A stretch of 64,000 nt of DNA. Origin: a bacterium (lineage in GTDB: Bacteria; J088; JAWLBW01). The position numbers and the translations under genes were made by a program. Where the stretch lies: positions 1 through 64,000 of the forward strand of contig JAWLHK010000007.1 in assembly GCA_041690355.1 (NCBI GenBank), in the 5' to 3' direction. How positions within the stretch are numbered: position 1 is the first letter of the stretch; each line of letters opens with the position of its first letter. The notes beneath the pieces were generated by a model that saw only the letters and a program-made list of their open reading frames with translations, had not been told where the DNA came from and ran no database searches. This document shows positions 10,516-18,963 of the stretch, in pieces.

Positions 10516-10603
10516 AAGGCACCAGTATACTCGGGGGGTAAAGCGCACCGCCATTCCGGGCGGTCCATCCTCTCGCCCAATGGCGAAATCCGGGGGGCCT
10601 GCC

Positions 10604-11221
10604 CTACTCGAACATCGAGACGTCGCCCTTGCCGTGGCGCACCACGACCGGCACGTCGCTCGTGAAGTCGATGACCGAACTCTCGTCGAACTGCACGAAA
10701 CCACTGTCGAGAATCGCGTCGAGCACCTTGCCCATGGCATCGTCAATCTGCTCTGCGCTGGCCAGGGGTTCTTCGCCCTCAAAACCGGCCGTCGTATTGA
10801 CGAGCGGATGCCCCAGCTCTTCGACGAGCATGCGCGGCGCCGAGTGGTCGGGCACGCGAATCCCCACCGTCTTGCGCTTGCCCGTAATCATGAAGCGCGG
10901 CACGACCGGCGTCGCCGGCAGGATGAAGGTATAGGGGCCCGGCAGCAACCGCTTCATGGCCCGGTACGCCTGGTTGTTCACCACGGCATACTCCGCCACG
11001 TTCGACAGGTCGGCGCAGATGAAGGACAGCTGATGGTTCCGCGGCAGCCGCTTCATCTGGTAGATGCGCTCGATGGCCCGCTTATCGAAGAGATCGCAGC
11101 CGAGACCGTAGGCGGTGTCGGTGGGATACGCGATGACGCCCCCGTTACGCAGCACCTCGACGGCCCGCCGGATGTGACGGGGCGACGGGTGATAGTGATC
11201 GATCTGCAACGTGAGCGCCAT
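10604..11221 (-). CDS. Sua5/YciO/YrdC family (threonylcarbamoyl-AMP synthase-like), YciO-type
   Basis: IAYPTDTAYGLGC, LPGPYTFIL, KRKTVGIRVPD. Confidence 0.88.
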   Translation of the reverse strand: MALTLQIDHYHPSPRHIRRAVEVLRNGGVIAYPTDTAYGLGCDLFDKRAIERIYQMKRLPRNHQLSFICADLSNVAEYAVVNNQAYRAMKRLLPGPYTFILPATPVVPRFMITGKRKTVGIRVPDHSAPRMLVEELGHPLVNTTAGFEGEEPLASAEQIDDAMGKVLDAILDSGFVQFDESSVIDFTSDVPVVVRHGKGDVSMFE

Positions 11222-11296
11222 GAGAAACGCGGGGTAAACGCAGGGTAACGCGGGTCCGGCGGGAGCGTGGTGAAGCCCGCCGGACCGCAGATTCCA

Positions 11297-12370
11297 TTAT
11301 TGACGCAGAATGACGACTTCGGCGACCCCGTCGCCGCTCACCGTCTGATCGCCCACCTGAAAGGAGAACGATCCGGGGTGCCGGTAGAGCATGGGGTTGG
11401 CGACGAACGTCTTGATCAGCGTGCGCTCGAACATGTTGAAGTCATCGGCCGCATTCTGGCTCTGCAGCAGCTCGCCGAGCTTGATGGTGCCGGTAACCGG
11501 CTTGCCGCCGTCGTCGGCCTTGATCGTCCAGGCGGCCGGATAGGTGTACTTGTTCGCCTTGTCGTGCCGTTCTTCGGCGCCGGTCAGCGTCACCTGCGTG
11601 GCGCGCGCGATGACCTTGTCTCCCTTGGTCAGCACGAGCGTCGCCATCGGCTTCTTCCCGAGCGACTCGGGGGTGAAGAAGACGAGGAAGTTCACGCCGT
11701 CTTCCTGCGAGAAGCCGCGAAAGGAGTAGAGACGATCAGCCATCTTGTGCGCCGGGTAATCCTGGAGCGAATGGTCCATGTAGCCCGGGCCGTTGAGCGC
11801 CGTCTTCTTCTTGCCCTCGCTCATCGTGCCGGTAACGGCCACGCGCGGGCCGGCGATGTTGAGCTGATAGAACTCGTCGTCGGGATAGATCGTGCGCCCC
11901 GGCCGGACGCCTGCAACGACCGGTTTAACGTTAAGATCGAGCTCGACCCCGTCCTGGCGGATGCGGATGACCCAGTCGCCTTCTTGGGACCTGATGAAGC
12001 TGTCGCCCATCTTGAGATGGAGGGTCTTGGTCGAGAACTTGACCTCGTCATCGTCGAACTTGGACTTGATGAACCTGGGCTTGGCGCCTGGGCGCAGAAT
12101 GGTCGTCTCAACGACGCCGTTGCCGTCAGACCAGGGCTCCATGTTCGTGACCCCGAAGTGCAGAAAGACCCACAGGCCCGCTTCGCCCTGCACCATGAGA
12201 TACCAGCTTTCGGTATACCCTTCGGGCTTGAGCGGGTGCACGGCGATGTCGGCGTCGGACACCGGCTGCCAGTCTCCTTCGAAGATTCTCAGCTTATCCG
12301 CCGCCGAGGCAGCGGCCGCTCCGGTCACGACCGACAGGGCGACTCCTAACCAGACAGTTAATTTGCGCAT
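11297..12370 (-). CDS. Secreted protein, probable AttH/CrtC/Svf1-like lipocalin-like fold
   Basis: Signal peptide; YTESWY and GPGYMDHS segments and YPAAW motif reminiscent of this fold. Confidence 0.55.
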   Translation of the reverse strand: MRKLTVWLGVALSVVTGAAAASAADKLRIFEGDWQPVSDADIAVHPLKPEGYTESWYLMVQGEAGLWVFLHFGVTNMEPWSDGNGVVETTILRPGAKPRFIKSKFDDDEVKFSTKTLHLKMGDSFIRSQEGDWVIRIRQDGVELDLNVKPVVAGVRPGRTIYPDDEFYQLNIAGPRVAVTGTMSEGKKKTALNGPGYMDHSLQDYPAHKMADRLYSFRGFSQEDGVNFLVFFTPESLGKKPMATLVLTKGDKVIARATQVTLTGAEERHDKANKYTYPAAWTIKADDGGKPVTGTIKLGELLQSQNAADDFNMFERTLIKTFVANPMLYRHPGSFSFQVGDQTVSGDGVAEVVILRQ

Positions 12371-12405
12371 GGACGTTCTCCCTGGCTGTTTGCGCGGCGC
12401 CCCCC

Positions 12406-13281
12406 TCAGCGGGGTGCCGGCAGCGCTTCGATGATTTCGACGAGCCGGTGCTCTTGACCGACGCTCATGAGGTGGATTCCCTTGCAGTGCGGCCGCAGCT
12501 GCTCGACGAGCTCGACGCCGATGTGCACCCCTTCCTGCTCGGGGTCGGCGGCGGCTTCGAGCCGCGCAATCGTCTCGTCGGGTATCCGGATGCCCGGAAT
12601 GGACTTGTTGATGAACCGGGCGCTTTTGGCGGAACGGAGGTAGAGCACCCCCGCCAGAATCGGCAGGTCGAAGCGGGCGGCTTCGCGCGCGAACGCGGCG
12701 AACTGCCCGGCGTCGTAGACGGCCTGCGTCTGAATGAACCGGGCCCCGGCGGCCACCTTGCGCTCGAGCCGGCGCATCTCGGCGTCGAGGTTGGGAACGT
12801 TGGGGTTGATGGCCGCGCCGGCGAAGAACCCGGTTTTCCCCTTCAGCTCCTTGCCGGCGTGATCGTGGCCGGCGTTCAGCTCGCCGATGATCCGCAGCAG
12901 CTGGCTCGACTCCATGTCGAAGACCCCCTTGGCGTCGGGGTGGTCGCCGACCTTGACCGGATCGCCGGTCAGGGCGAGCACGTTCTCGATGCCCATGACC
13001 CAGGCGCCCAGCAGATCGGACTGCAGCGCGATGCGGTTGCGGTCGCGGCAGACCAGCTGGGCGATCGGCTCGATGTTCTCCTGGCGCAGTACGAGCGAGC
13101 CGGCGATCGAGCCCAGCTTGACCAGCGCGCGCTGGTTGTCGGTCACGTTGACCGCGTGCACCTTGCCGGCGAACGCGCGCGCCTTGCGGCGGAAGTCATC
13201 GACATCCGTCCCCTTGGGGGGACCGATCTCGGCCGTCAGAACAAATTCGCCCGCGGCGAGGGCATCAGAAAGTCGGCTCAC
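12406..13281 (-). CDS. metF: Methylenetetrahydrofolate reductase
   Basis: TAEIGPPKG, NVTDN, CRDRNRIALQSDL, LALTGD, KVAAGARFIQTQ. Confidence 0.88.
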   Translation of the reverse strand: MSRLSDALAAGEFVLTAEIGPPKGTDVDDFRRKARAFAGKVHAVNVTDNQRALVKLGSIAGSLVLRQENIEPIAQLVCRDRNRIALQSDLLGAWVMGIENVLALTGDPVKVGDHPDAKGVFDMESSQLLRIIGELNAGHDHAGKELKGKTGFFAGAAINPNVPNLDAEMRRLERKVAAGARFIQTQAVYDAGQFAAFAREAARFDLPILAGVLYLRSAKSARFINKSIPGIRIPDETIARLEAAADPEQEGVHIGVELVEQLRPHCKGIHLMSVGQEHRLVEIIEALPAPR

Positions 13282-13389
13282 GGTTTCCGGGGTGACTACG
13301 GGTTACAAAGAAGCCCTTGAGTCTACCATGAGGCCTCGGGGGCCATCAATGCGGGCGCCCGACGAACATAAGCGCGCCCCGCAACGGCA

Positions 13390-14160
13390 TCAGCCGAAGG
13401 GGACGACCTCGACCGGCAGGCCGCGGTCGCCGAAGCGCGCCCGTGCGTCCCCCTCGCGGATACCGATTTCCAGCAGGTCGCCGCTCCCCCAGTAGGCGAT
13501 GGGCTCGCCCGGGGCGGCGTCGGCAAACGTGGTCCCCAGCCTGACCGGGCGAAAGTTGACGCTCACGGCGACTCGTTCGGGCTTGTCGACGATGCGCCGG
13601 TTGATGTTCGTGATCAGGTTGCCGAAGCGGTCGACGTGAATGACCTCCCCCTTGATCAGGTTCCCGATCCGGCCGGCCATCGGCAGGGCGATGCGCACCG
13701 GATCGGAAATCGATTCGGCGACGGCGTCGAGCGGCCGGCCTGTGGCCAGGTGGGCGGCTACCGGGGCGAAGACGTCGCGCCCGTGAAAGGTGGGCGACGC
13801 CCCCTCGAATTGCTCTGCGCGAATGGCGAACCACCGCGTGTCGGCCGGGAGAACCGCTGAAAGGATGCCGTTGTCGGCGCCGACGTGCACCTGCCCGCGA
13901 CCGAGCGCCACCAGGCCGCGCCGTTTCGATCCGACCCCGGGATCGACGACCAGAAGATGCACGGCGCCCTCGGGAAACCGGCCGGCAGCGTTGCGGAGCG
14001 CCAGCACGGCCGCCGTCCGATCCCAGGGCGGGATATCGTGCGCGATGTCGACGAGCGGGATGCTCGGCGCCCGGGCACTGAGCACCCCTTTCATCGCGCC
14101 GACATAGCCGTCTGCGGTTCCGAAATCGGTGGTCAGGGTAATGAGCGGCGCGTTGGGCAC
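13390..14160 (-). CDS. SAM-dependent chlorinase/fluorinase family (DUF62 SAM hydroxide adenosyltransferase)
   Basis: ITLTTDFG, VVDPGVGS, TFHGRDVFAP, VDRFGNLITN. Confidence 0.9.
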   Translation of the reverse strand: MPNAPLITLTTDFGTADGYVGAMKGVLSARAPSIPLVDIAHDIPPWDRTAAVLALRNAAGRFPEGAVHLLVVDPGVGSKRRGLVALGRGQVHVGADNGILSAVLPADTRWFAIRAEQFEGASPTFHGRDVFAPVAAHLATGRPLDAVAESISDPVRIALPMAGRIGNLIKGEVIHVDRFGNLITNINRRIVDKPERVAVSVNFRPVRLGTTFADAAPGEPIAYWGSGDLLEIGIREGDARARFGDRGLPVEVVPFG

Positions 14161-14408
14161 GGGGGCTGACTTTCTGCGAGGTGCGGGGCGATGGGGCGTC
14201 CGGCAGCCGAAGCCGGAAAAGGTACGGGGGCAAAGCGGGACGCAAAGACCTGCCCGGCGGAATATTCTAGCGCCATGCCGAGCGGACTGTCAATGCCGTC
14301 GGCGCCGCATCGGAAGCGGTTCTGCGCAGTGGCGCCGTTGGAGACAAGCGGGTTTATACTGGCAGCAGGGGGGAGGTCGTAACCCATGCCGCACAGGAGG
14401 GTCGGAGG

Positions 14409-14597
14409 ATGCTCGAATCGTCAGAAACAGATGTGCCGTCCCACCTGCCCGCCGGCTCCCTCCCGCGGGACGCCGGCCTCTGGGTCACCCTCGTACTCAT
14501 GCTCGCCGGCACCCTTCTGCTCTCGCTCATGAGCGACGAAGCGGCATCCCGGCAGCCGCTCGAGGCGATGCCTGCCGCCGCCGGCCTCGATCCCTGA
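14409..14597 (+). CDS. Small putative single-pass membrane protein
   Basis: GGAGG just upstream; one hydrophobic stretch (LWVTLVLMLAGTLLLSL); fills the gap before aroK. Confidence 0.4.
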   Translation: MLESSETDVPSHLPAGSLPRDAGLWVTLVLMLAGTLLLSLMSDEAASRQPLEAMPAAAGLDP

Positions 14598-14681
14598 CCC
14601 GCATCCCCGTCGGCGCCATCGCAACGCCCGGTTCCGCCCGATGTGGCGCTTCGCCCGCGCCGCGGGTACCGTAAATCGGAC

Positions 14682-15200
14682 ATGAAAACGGGGATTGTAC
14701 TCATCGGCTTCATGGGCGCGGGCAAGTCGACCATCGGGCGTGCGCTCGCCCGGCGCCTGCACCTGCCGCTCATCGATACCGACCGGTTCATCGAACGCAA
14801 GACGCAGCGCACGATTCCCCAGATCTTTGCCCAGGACGGCGAAGATGCCTTTCGCGCCATGGAGCAGCTCGCCCTGCAGGAGCTCGCCGAGCGCAAACCG
14901 GCCGTGATCGCGACCGGCGGCGGCATGGTCATGCGCGACGAGAACTGGCCGCTTCTGCGGCGGCTGGGGACGATCGTCTACCTGCGTGGCGATCCCGATG
15001 CGCTCTTCGAGCGGGTGAGCCGGCATCCGACGCGTCCGCTGCTGCAGACCCCCAACCCGCGCGAAACCTTCGATCGGCTGCTTGCTCAGCGCACGCCGAT
15101 ATACACGCGCGCCGATCTGACGGTTGACACGACGGGCATGGAATCGCCGGCGGTCGCCGAGCGGATTCTCAAGCTCATGCGGGAGCGTTCGGGCGCCTGA
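14682..15200 (+). CDS. aroK: Shikimate kinase
   Basis: GFMGAGKST Walker A, DTD, GEDAFRAME, ATGGG, RPLL. Confidence 0.93.
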   Translation: MKTGIVLIGFMGAGKSTIGRALARRLHLPLIDTDRFIERKTQRTIPQIFAQDGEDAFRAMEQLALQELAERKPAVIATGGGMVMRDENWPLLRRLGTIVYLRGDPDALFERVSRHPTRPLLQTPNPRETFDRLLAQRTPIYTRADLTVDTTGMESPAVAERILKLMRERSGA

Positions 15201-15933
15201 CCGAAGCAAAGAACAGTCCCAGCAGCACCAGCGCGACGACCGGGAACGTCGCAGGCCGCAGCAGGCGCCGCAGCGCCCCGAGAACGAGGTCGGCCCCCGT
15301 GGGCGCGGCCAGGAGCACTTCCTGCGTGACCGGCTGTTTCAGCAGGTCGAGCAGTGAATACTGCCAGGCGACTCGGCCGCCCGAGACGCGGCCGTTGGTC
15401 TCGAGCACGCCCAGGGGTGTTTCGAGCTCGAACACGAATGGGGCGCTGTCGAGAATGCCCGCGATGCCCATGCGGTTTTCGCGAAGCATGGCTGCGAATT
15501 CCGGATCCCGCGCGGCGGTCGTGAAGTCGAGCCGACGCCGGTAGCGCAGGCTGCCGTCGTCGAGGCGTTCGACCGTGAACGTCTGCCCCTGAAACGCCGG
15601 CGAACCGCCGACGTCGAGGCTTGTCACGTCGTCGACGGCGAGATCGTTGATGTAATGACGGCGGCCCGGCGTCGAGCCCTCGGTATGCCGCTCGAGGCGG
15701 ACGCCGGGCGGCAGCGACGCCCGCAGGGCCTCTTCGCTCAGGAGCAGCGCGAACGTATCCATGGCCGGGCTGCGCCCCATCATCTGCAGAAAGCTCGGGG
15801 CAGCGCGTAGACGCAGTTCGATCGAGGCCGAGCCATCGCGGGCGATGACGATACGTTCCGTATAGTCGATGCACGCGCTCAGGAGAAGCGCGAGCCCGAC
15901 GGCGAGGGCAGAGAATCGATGGCGTTGCGGCAT
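15175..15933 (-). CDS. Hypothetical lipoprotein with C-terminal transmembrane anchor (LppM-like architecture)
   Basis: LLLSA-C lipobox, C...IARDGS beta-start, hydrophobic C-terminus. Confidence 0.65.
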   Translation of the reverse strand: MPQRHRFSALAVGLALLLSACIDYTERIVIARDGSASIELRLRAAPSFLQMMGRSPAMDTFALLLSEEALRASLPPGVRLERHTEGSTPGRRHYINDLAVDDVTSLDVGGSPAFQGQTFTVERLDDGSLRYRRRLDFTTAARDPEFAAMLRENRMGIAGILDSAPFVFELETPLGVLETNGRVSGGRVAWQYSLLDLLKQPVTQEVLLAAPTGADLVLGALRRLLRPATFPVVALVLLGLFFASVRRPNAPA

Positions 15934-15943
15934 TAGAGAAAAC

Positions 15944-15977
15944 AAAAAAGCGTCGCCCGCGGGAAAGCGGGCGACGC
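15944..15977 (-). terminator. Intrinsic terminator of the HU gene
   Basis: GCGTCGCCCGC / GCGGGCGACGC 11-bp stem followed by T6 on the minus strand. Confidence 0.85.
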
Positions 15978-15992
15978 GAAGCGAAACCGGAA

Positions 15993-16265
15993 TTACAGCG
16001 AAGCGCGGAACTTCGGAGCCGGCTTGAAGGCCACCGTCTTGCTGGCCTTGATCTTGATCGGCTGCTTCGTCTGCGGGTTGATGCCCTTGCGCGCAGCGCG
16101 CTTCCGAACCGTGAAGGTGCCGAAGCCGGGCAGGGAGAAACGCGAATCCTTCTTGATCGCCTTCTTCAGTTCCGCGAAAACGGCGTCGACGACATCCGAA
16201 ACCGCCTTCTTCGAAACACCCTTGTTCGCCTTCGCAATGTTGGCAACCAGTTCAGCCTTGGTCAT
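15993..16265 (-). CDS. hup: HU family DNA-binding protein
   Basis: MTKAELV, LPGFGTF, RAARKGINPQT, AFKPA. Confidence 0.95.
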   Translation of the reverse strand: MTKAELVANIAKANKGVSKKAVSDVVDAVFAELKKAIKKDSRFSLPGFGTFTVRKRAARKGINPQTKQPIKIKASKTVAFKPAPKFRASL

Positions 16266-16334
16266 ACTTTTCTCGCTCCTTGTTTTGACCGGATCTGCCG
16301 GTCCTGAGAGGGTTGGGGGGAAAATGATTAGTAG

Positions 16335-16363
16335 GTTTTAGTCAATTCCCCGACGTTTGTCAA
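16335..16363 (-). promoter_or_regulatory. Putative sigma70 promoter of HU
   Basis: TTGACA-17 bp-TAAAAC on the minus strand. Confidence 0.6.
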
Positions 16364-16489
16364 GTAGACCGGCAAGGGACTATTCCGCATGGCCAGAAGA
16401 AATGCCGTGGGCGCGGTGCCGCGCGGCGGCTTATAATGTGGAAATGCGAAAATGGCGTCCCCCTGAACCTGGCCCTGCGGGCGGTACTC

Positions 16490-18808
16490 GTGAGCGATAA
16501 TCGAACCCTCCAGATCCTCGACTGGCCGCGCATCGTGAGCGCGCTTGCCTCACGCACGGCGACGCCGTACGGCCGCGAGCGCGCGGCGCAGGCGCGGCCG
16601 CTCGCGCGGGATGTCGCCGCGCAACTGAGCCGCCGGGTCGGCCTGTGGCGCGACCTGCTGGCCGCCGAGATCCGGCCGCCGCTCGGCAACGTGCCCGAGA
16701 TCGCCGCGCTGCTCGATCGGATCCGCCGCGAAGGGCGGCTCGACGGGGTCGAGCTGCTGGCGGTCGCCGACAACATGGATCTCGTCGCCGCGGTGGGCCG
16801 GTTCCTCGGCGACATGGGCCTGCCCGAAGACCTGCGGGCGCACGCATCGCGGTTTCCGAATTTCGCCGCCATCGCCGACCGCATCTACCGCGTCGTCGAT
16901 CCGTCGGGCGGCGTGCGCGACGACGCCAGCGATGAGCTGCGCCAGGCCGTGAGCGAAGAGCGTTCGCGCTCGACGGAATTGCGTGAACGGGCCGAGGCCC
17001 TGCTCGACGACGAACAGATGCGGCCGCTGCTGCGCGATCGCTACGTCACCCAGCGCGAAGGGCGCTACGTGCTCCCCATCCGCATCGATCGCGGGGCCGG
17101 CCTGCGCGGCATCGTGCACGACGTATCGGGTTCGGGCGCGACCGCCTATGTTGAACCCGAGGCGCTGCAGGCGGCCAACAACCGCCTGGTCGAGGTCAGG
17201 GCCCGCATTCGCGACGAGATCGCCCGCCTGCTCGCCGAACTGTCGGCCGCCGTCGCGCGCGTGGCCGAAGAGCTGCAACAGGGGCTCGACGCCCTCGGCG
17301 AGCTCGACGCCGAATTCGCGCGCGCCCTGCTCGCGCAGGACTGGCATGCCGTGCCCGCCGTCGACGGCGCAGAGGTGTCACTGCGTGACGCGCGCCAGCC
17401 GCTGCTGCTTCTGCGCGGCATCGAACCGGTACCCATCGACGTCCGCCATCCCGGGGTGGGGCGGGGGGTCATCCTGTCGGGCCCCAACGCGGGCGGCAAG
17501 ACCGCCGCCCTCAAGACACTCGGGCTCGCCTTCGTCCTGGCCCGCAGCGGTTGCCACGTCCCGGCGGCCGAGGCCGTGCTCCCCCTCGACTGGGAGGTCG
17601 AAGCCGAGCTCGGCGATCCGCAGAACCTGGGCGAAGACCTGTCGACCTTCAGCGGGCATCTCGCGCGCATCGTAGAGCTGACGCGCGTCGCGCGGCCCGG
17701 AGCGCTTCTGCTGGTCGACGAACTGCTCAAGGGGACCGACCCGGCCGACGGCGCGCCCCTCGCCCGGGCCTGGCTCGAAGACATGGCCGGGTGCGGCGCG
17801 GCCGTCTGGGTGACCACCCACTATGGCAGTATCAAGGCGCTCCCCGTCGTCGACGAGCGCTTTCTCGCGGCGCGCACCGCCTATGCCCGGGGAGAGCCGC
17901 AGTACACGATCCTCTACGGCGAAGCCGGTTCTTCCTATGCCTTCGAGACGGCCGAGCGGCTGGGCTTTCCGCACGCCACCATTGAGCGCGCCCTGCAGTA
18001 CCGCGAGGGCGAGATCACGCACGCCGAGAAGGCGCTCTCCGAGGTTGACGAGCTGCGCAAGGCGCTCGACGGCGCCAGGCGCCAGGCCGAATCCGACCGC
18101 CAGGAGCAGCGGAGGCTACGCGACCGGCTGCAGGCGCAGCTCGATCTGCTCCAGCGCGAACAGAAGGAGCTCGTGCGGCGCGCCGTCGAGCCGACCCTGG
18201 CCAAGCTCGAACGCGCCCGCGAAGTCGCCGAGAAAGCTGAACAGACGATCCTGCGTCGCAAGAAGGAGGCGCCGCGCAAACGGGTCGAGCTCGGCCACGT
18301 GCGCGCCGGGGTCGAGCAGGCGGTCGCCGAACTCGAAGCGCCCGGCAAGGTCGACCCGGCCGATCTGAAACCCGGCGTGACCGTCTACAGCCGCCGCTTC
18401 CGCCGCAACGGCGTCGTGTCGCGCCCCCCCGAGCGCGATCACGTCACGTTGCAGATCGGCGCCATGCAGATCGAGGTGCGCATCGCCGACCTGGCCCCCG
18501 CCCGGCCCGAAGCCGACAGGGCCGCGGCCCCCGCGCGCCGGGCCCGTACGCCCGAGCCGGTCGCCGACCGGCAGGATGTGCGCGGCGAGCGCGTCGAAGA
18601 CGCGGTGCGCCGCCTCGAACCGTGGATCGACGGGGCGCTGCGGGCGCGTCAGAGCGGCGCCCTGCGCATCCGTCACGGCGTCGGCAGCGGCGCCCTGCGC
18701 GACGGCATCCGCGCCTGGTTGCGCGAGCACCCGGCGGGCCTCGACTTTCGCCCGGGGGCCGAAGACGAAGGGGGCGACGGCGTCACCGTCGTGGAACTCG
18801 GAAATTGA
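16490..18808 (+). CDS. mutS2: MutS2 family protein with C-terminal Smr domain
   Basis: TLQILDW N-terminus, GIVHDVSGSGAT, GPNAGGKT, LSTFSGH, DE..GTDP, TTH, coiled coil, HGVGSGALR Smr; start uncertain (16436 or GTG 16490). Confidence 0.9.
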   Translation: MSDNRTLQILDWPRIVSALASRTATPYGRERAAQARPLARDVAAQLSRRVGLWRDLLAAEIRPPLGNVPEIAALLDRIRREGRLDGVELLAVADNMDLVAAVGRFLGDMGLPEDLRAHASRFPNFAAIADRIYRVVDPSGGVRDDASDELRQAVSEERSRSTELRERAEALLDDEQMRPLLRDRYVTQREGRYVLPIRIDRGAGLRGIVHDVSGSGATAYVEPEALQAANNRLVEVRARIRDEIARLLAELSAAVARVAEELQQGLDALGELDAEFARALLAQDWHAVPAVDGAEVSLRDARQPLLLLRGIEPVPIDVRHPGVGRGVILSGPNAGGKTAALKTLGLAFVLARSGCHVPAAEAVLPLDWEVEAELGDPQNLGEDLSTFSGHLARIVELTRVARPGALLLVDELLKGTDPADGAPLARAWLEDMAGCGAAVWVTTHYGSIKALPVVDERFLAARTAYARGEPQYTILYGEAGSSYAFETAERLGFPHATIERALQYREGEITHAEKALSEVDELRKALDGARRQAESDRQEQRRLRDRLQAQLDLLQREQKELVRRAVEPTLAKLERAREVAEKAEQTILRRKKEAPRKRVELGHVRAGVEQAVAELEAPGKVDPADLKPGVTVYSRRFRRNGVVSRPPERDHVTLQIGAMQIEVRIADLAPARPEADRAAAPARRARTPEPVADRQDVRGERVEDAVRRLEPWIDGALRARQSGALRIRHGVGSGALRDGIRAWLREHPAGLDFRPGAEDEGGDGVTVVELGN

Positions 18809-18920
18809 CGATTTACAATCTAAATTGACGATTTTGGGCTTTCCCCTTATCCGCTCGTTTCCGCCCCCTTTCCGGATACTTTGCGGAAATTGGCATTCGT
18901 AATCGTCAATCGTAAATTCC
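18804..18920. repeat. Inverted pair of degenerate TTGACGA/TCGTCAA heptamer arrays
   Basis: ATTGACGATT at 18804 and 18824, reverse complement at 18901; left array starts in the mutS2 TGA. Confidence 0.8.
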
Positions 18921-18929
18921 CCTGCCTGC

Positions 18930-18938
18930 TGGTAAAAT
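18930..18938 (+). promoter_or_regulatory. Extended -10 element upstream of alaS
   Basis: TGgTAAAAT 25 nt before the ATG. Confidence 0.5.
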
Positions 18939-18963
18939 GGTTGGTTTACGGTAGAACGGAACC

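Noticed and set aside
13390-14160. Halogenase of a secondary-metabolite cluster
   Set aside because: No biosynthetic genes nearby; widespread DUF62 SAM hydrolases are the more likely assignment.
14228-14250. GGGCAAAGCGGGACGCAAAG resembles the c-di-GMP-I riboswitch core
   Set aside because: The P2 stem with its GNRA loop between GGCAAA and GACGCAAAG is absent, and no tetraloop receptor follows.
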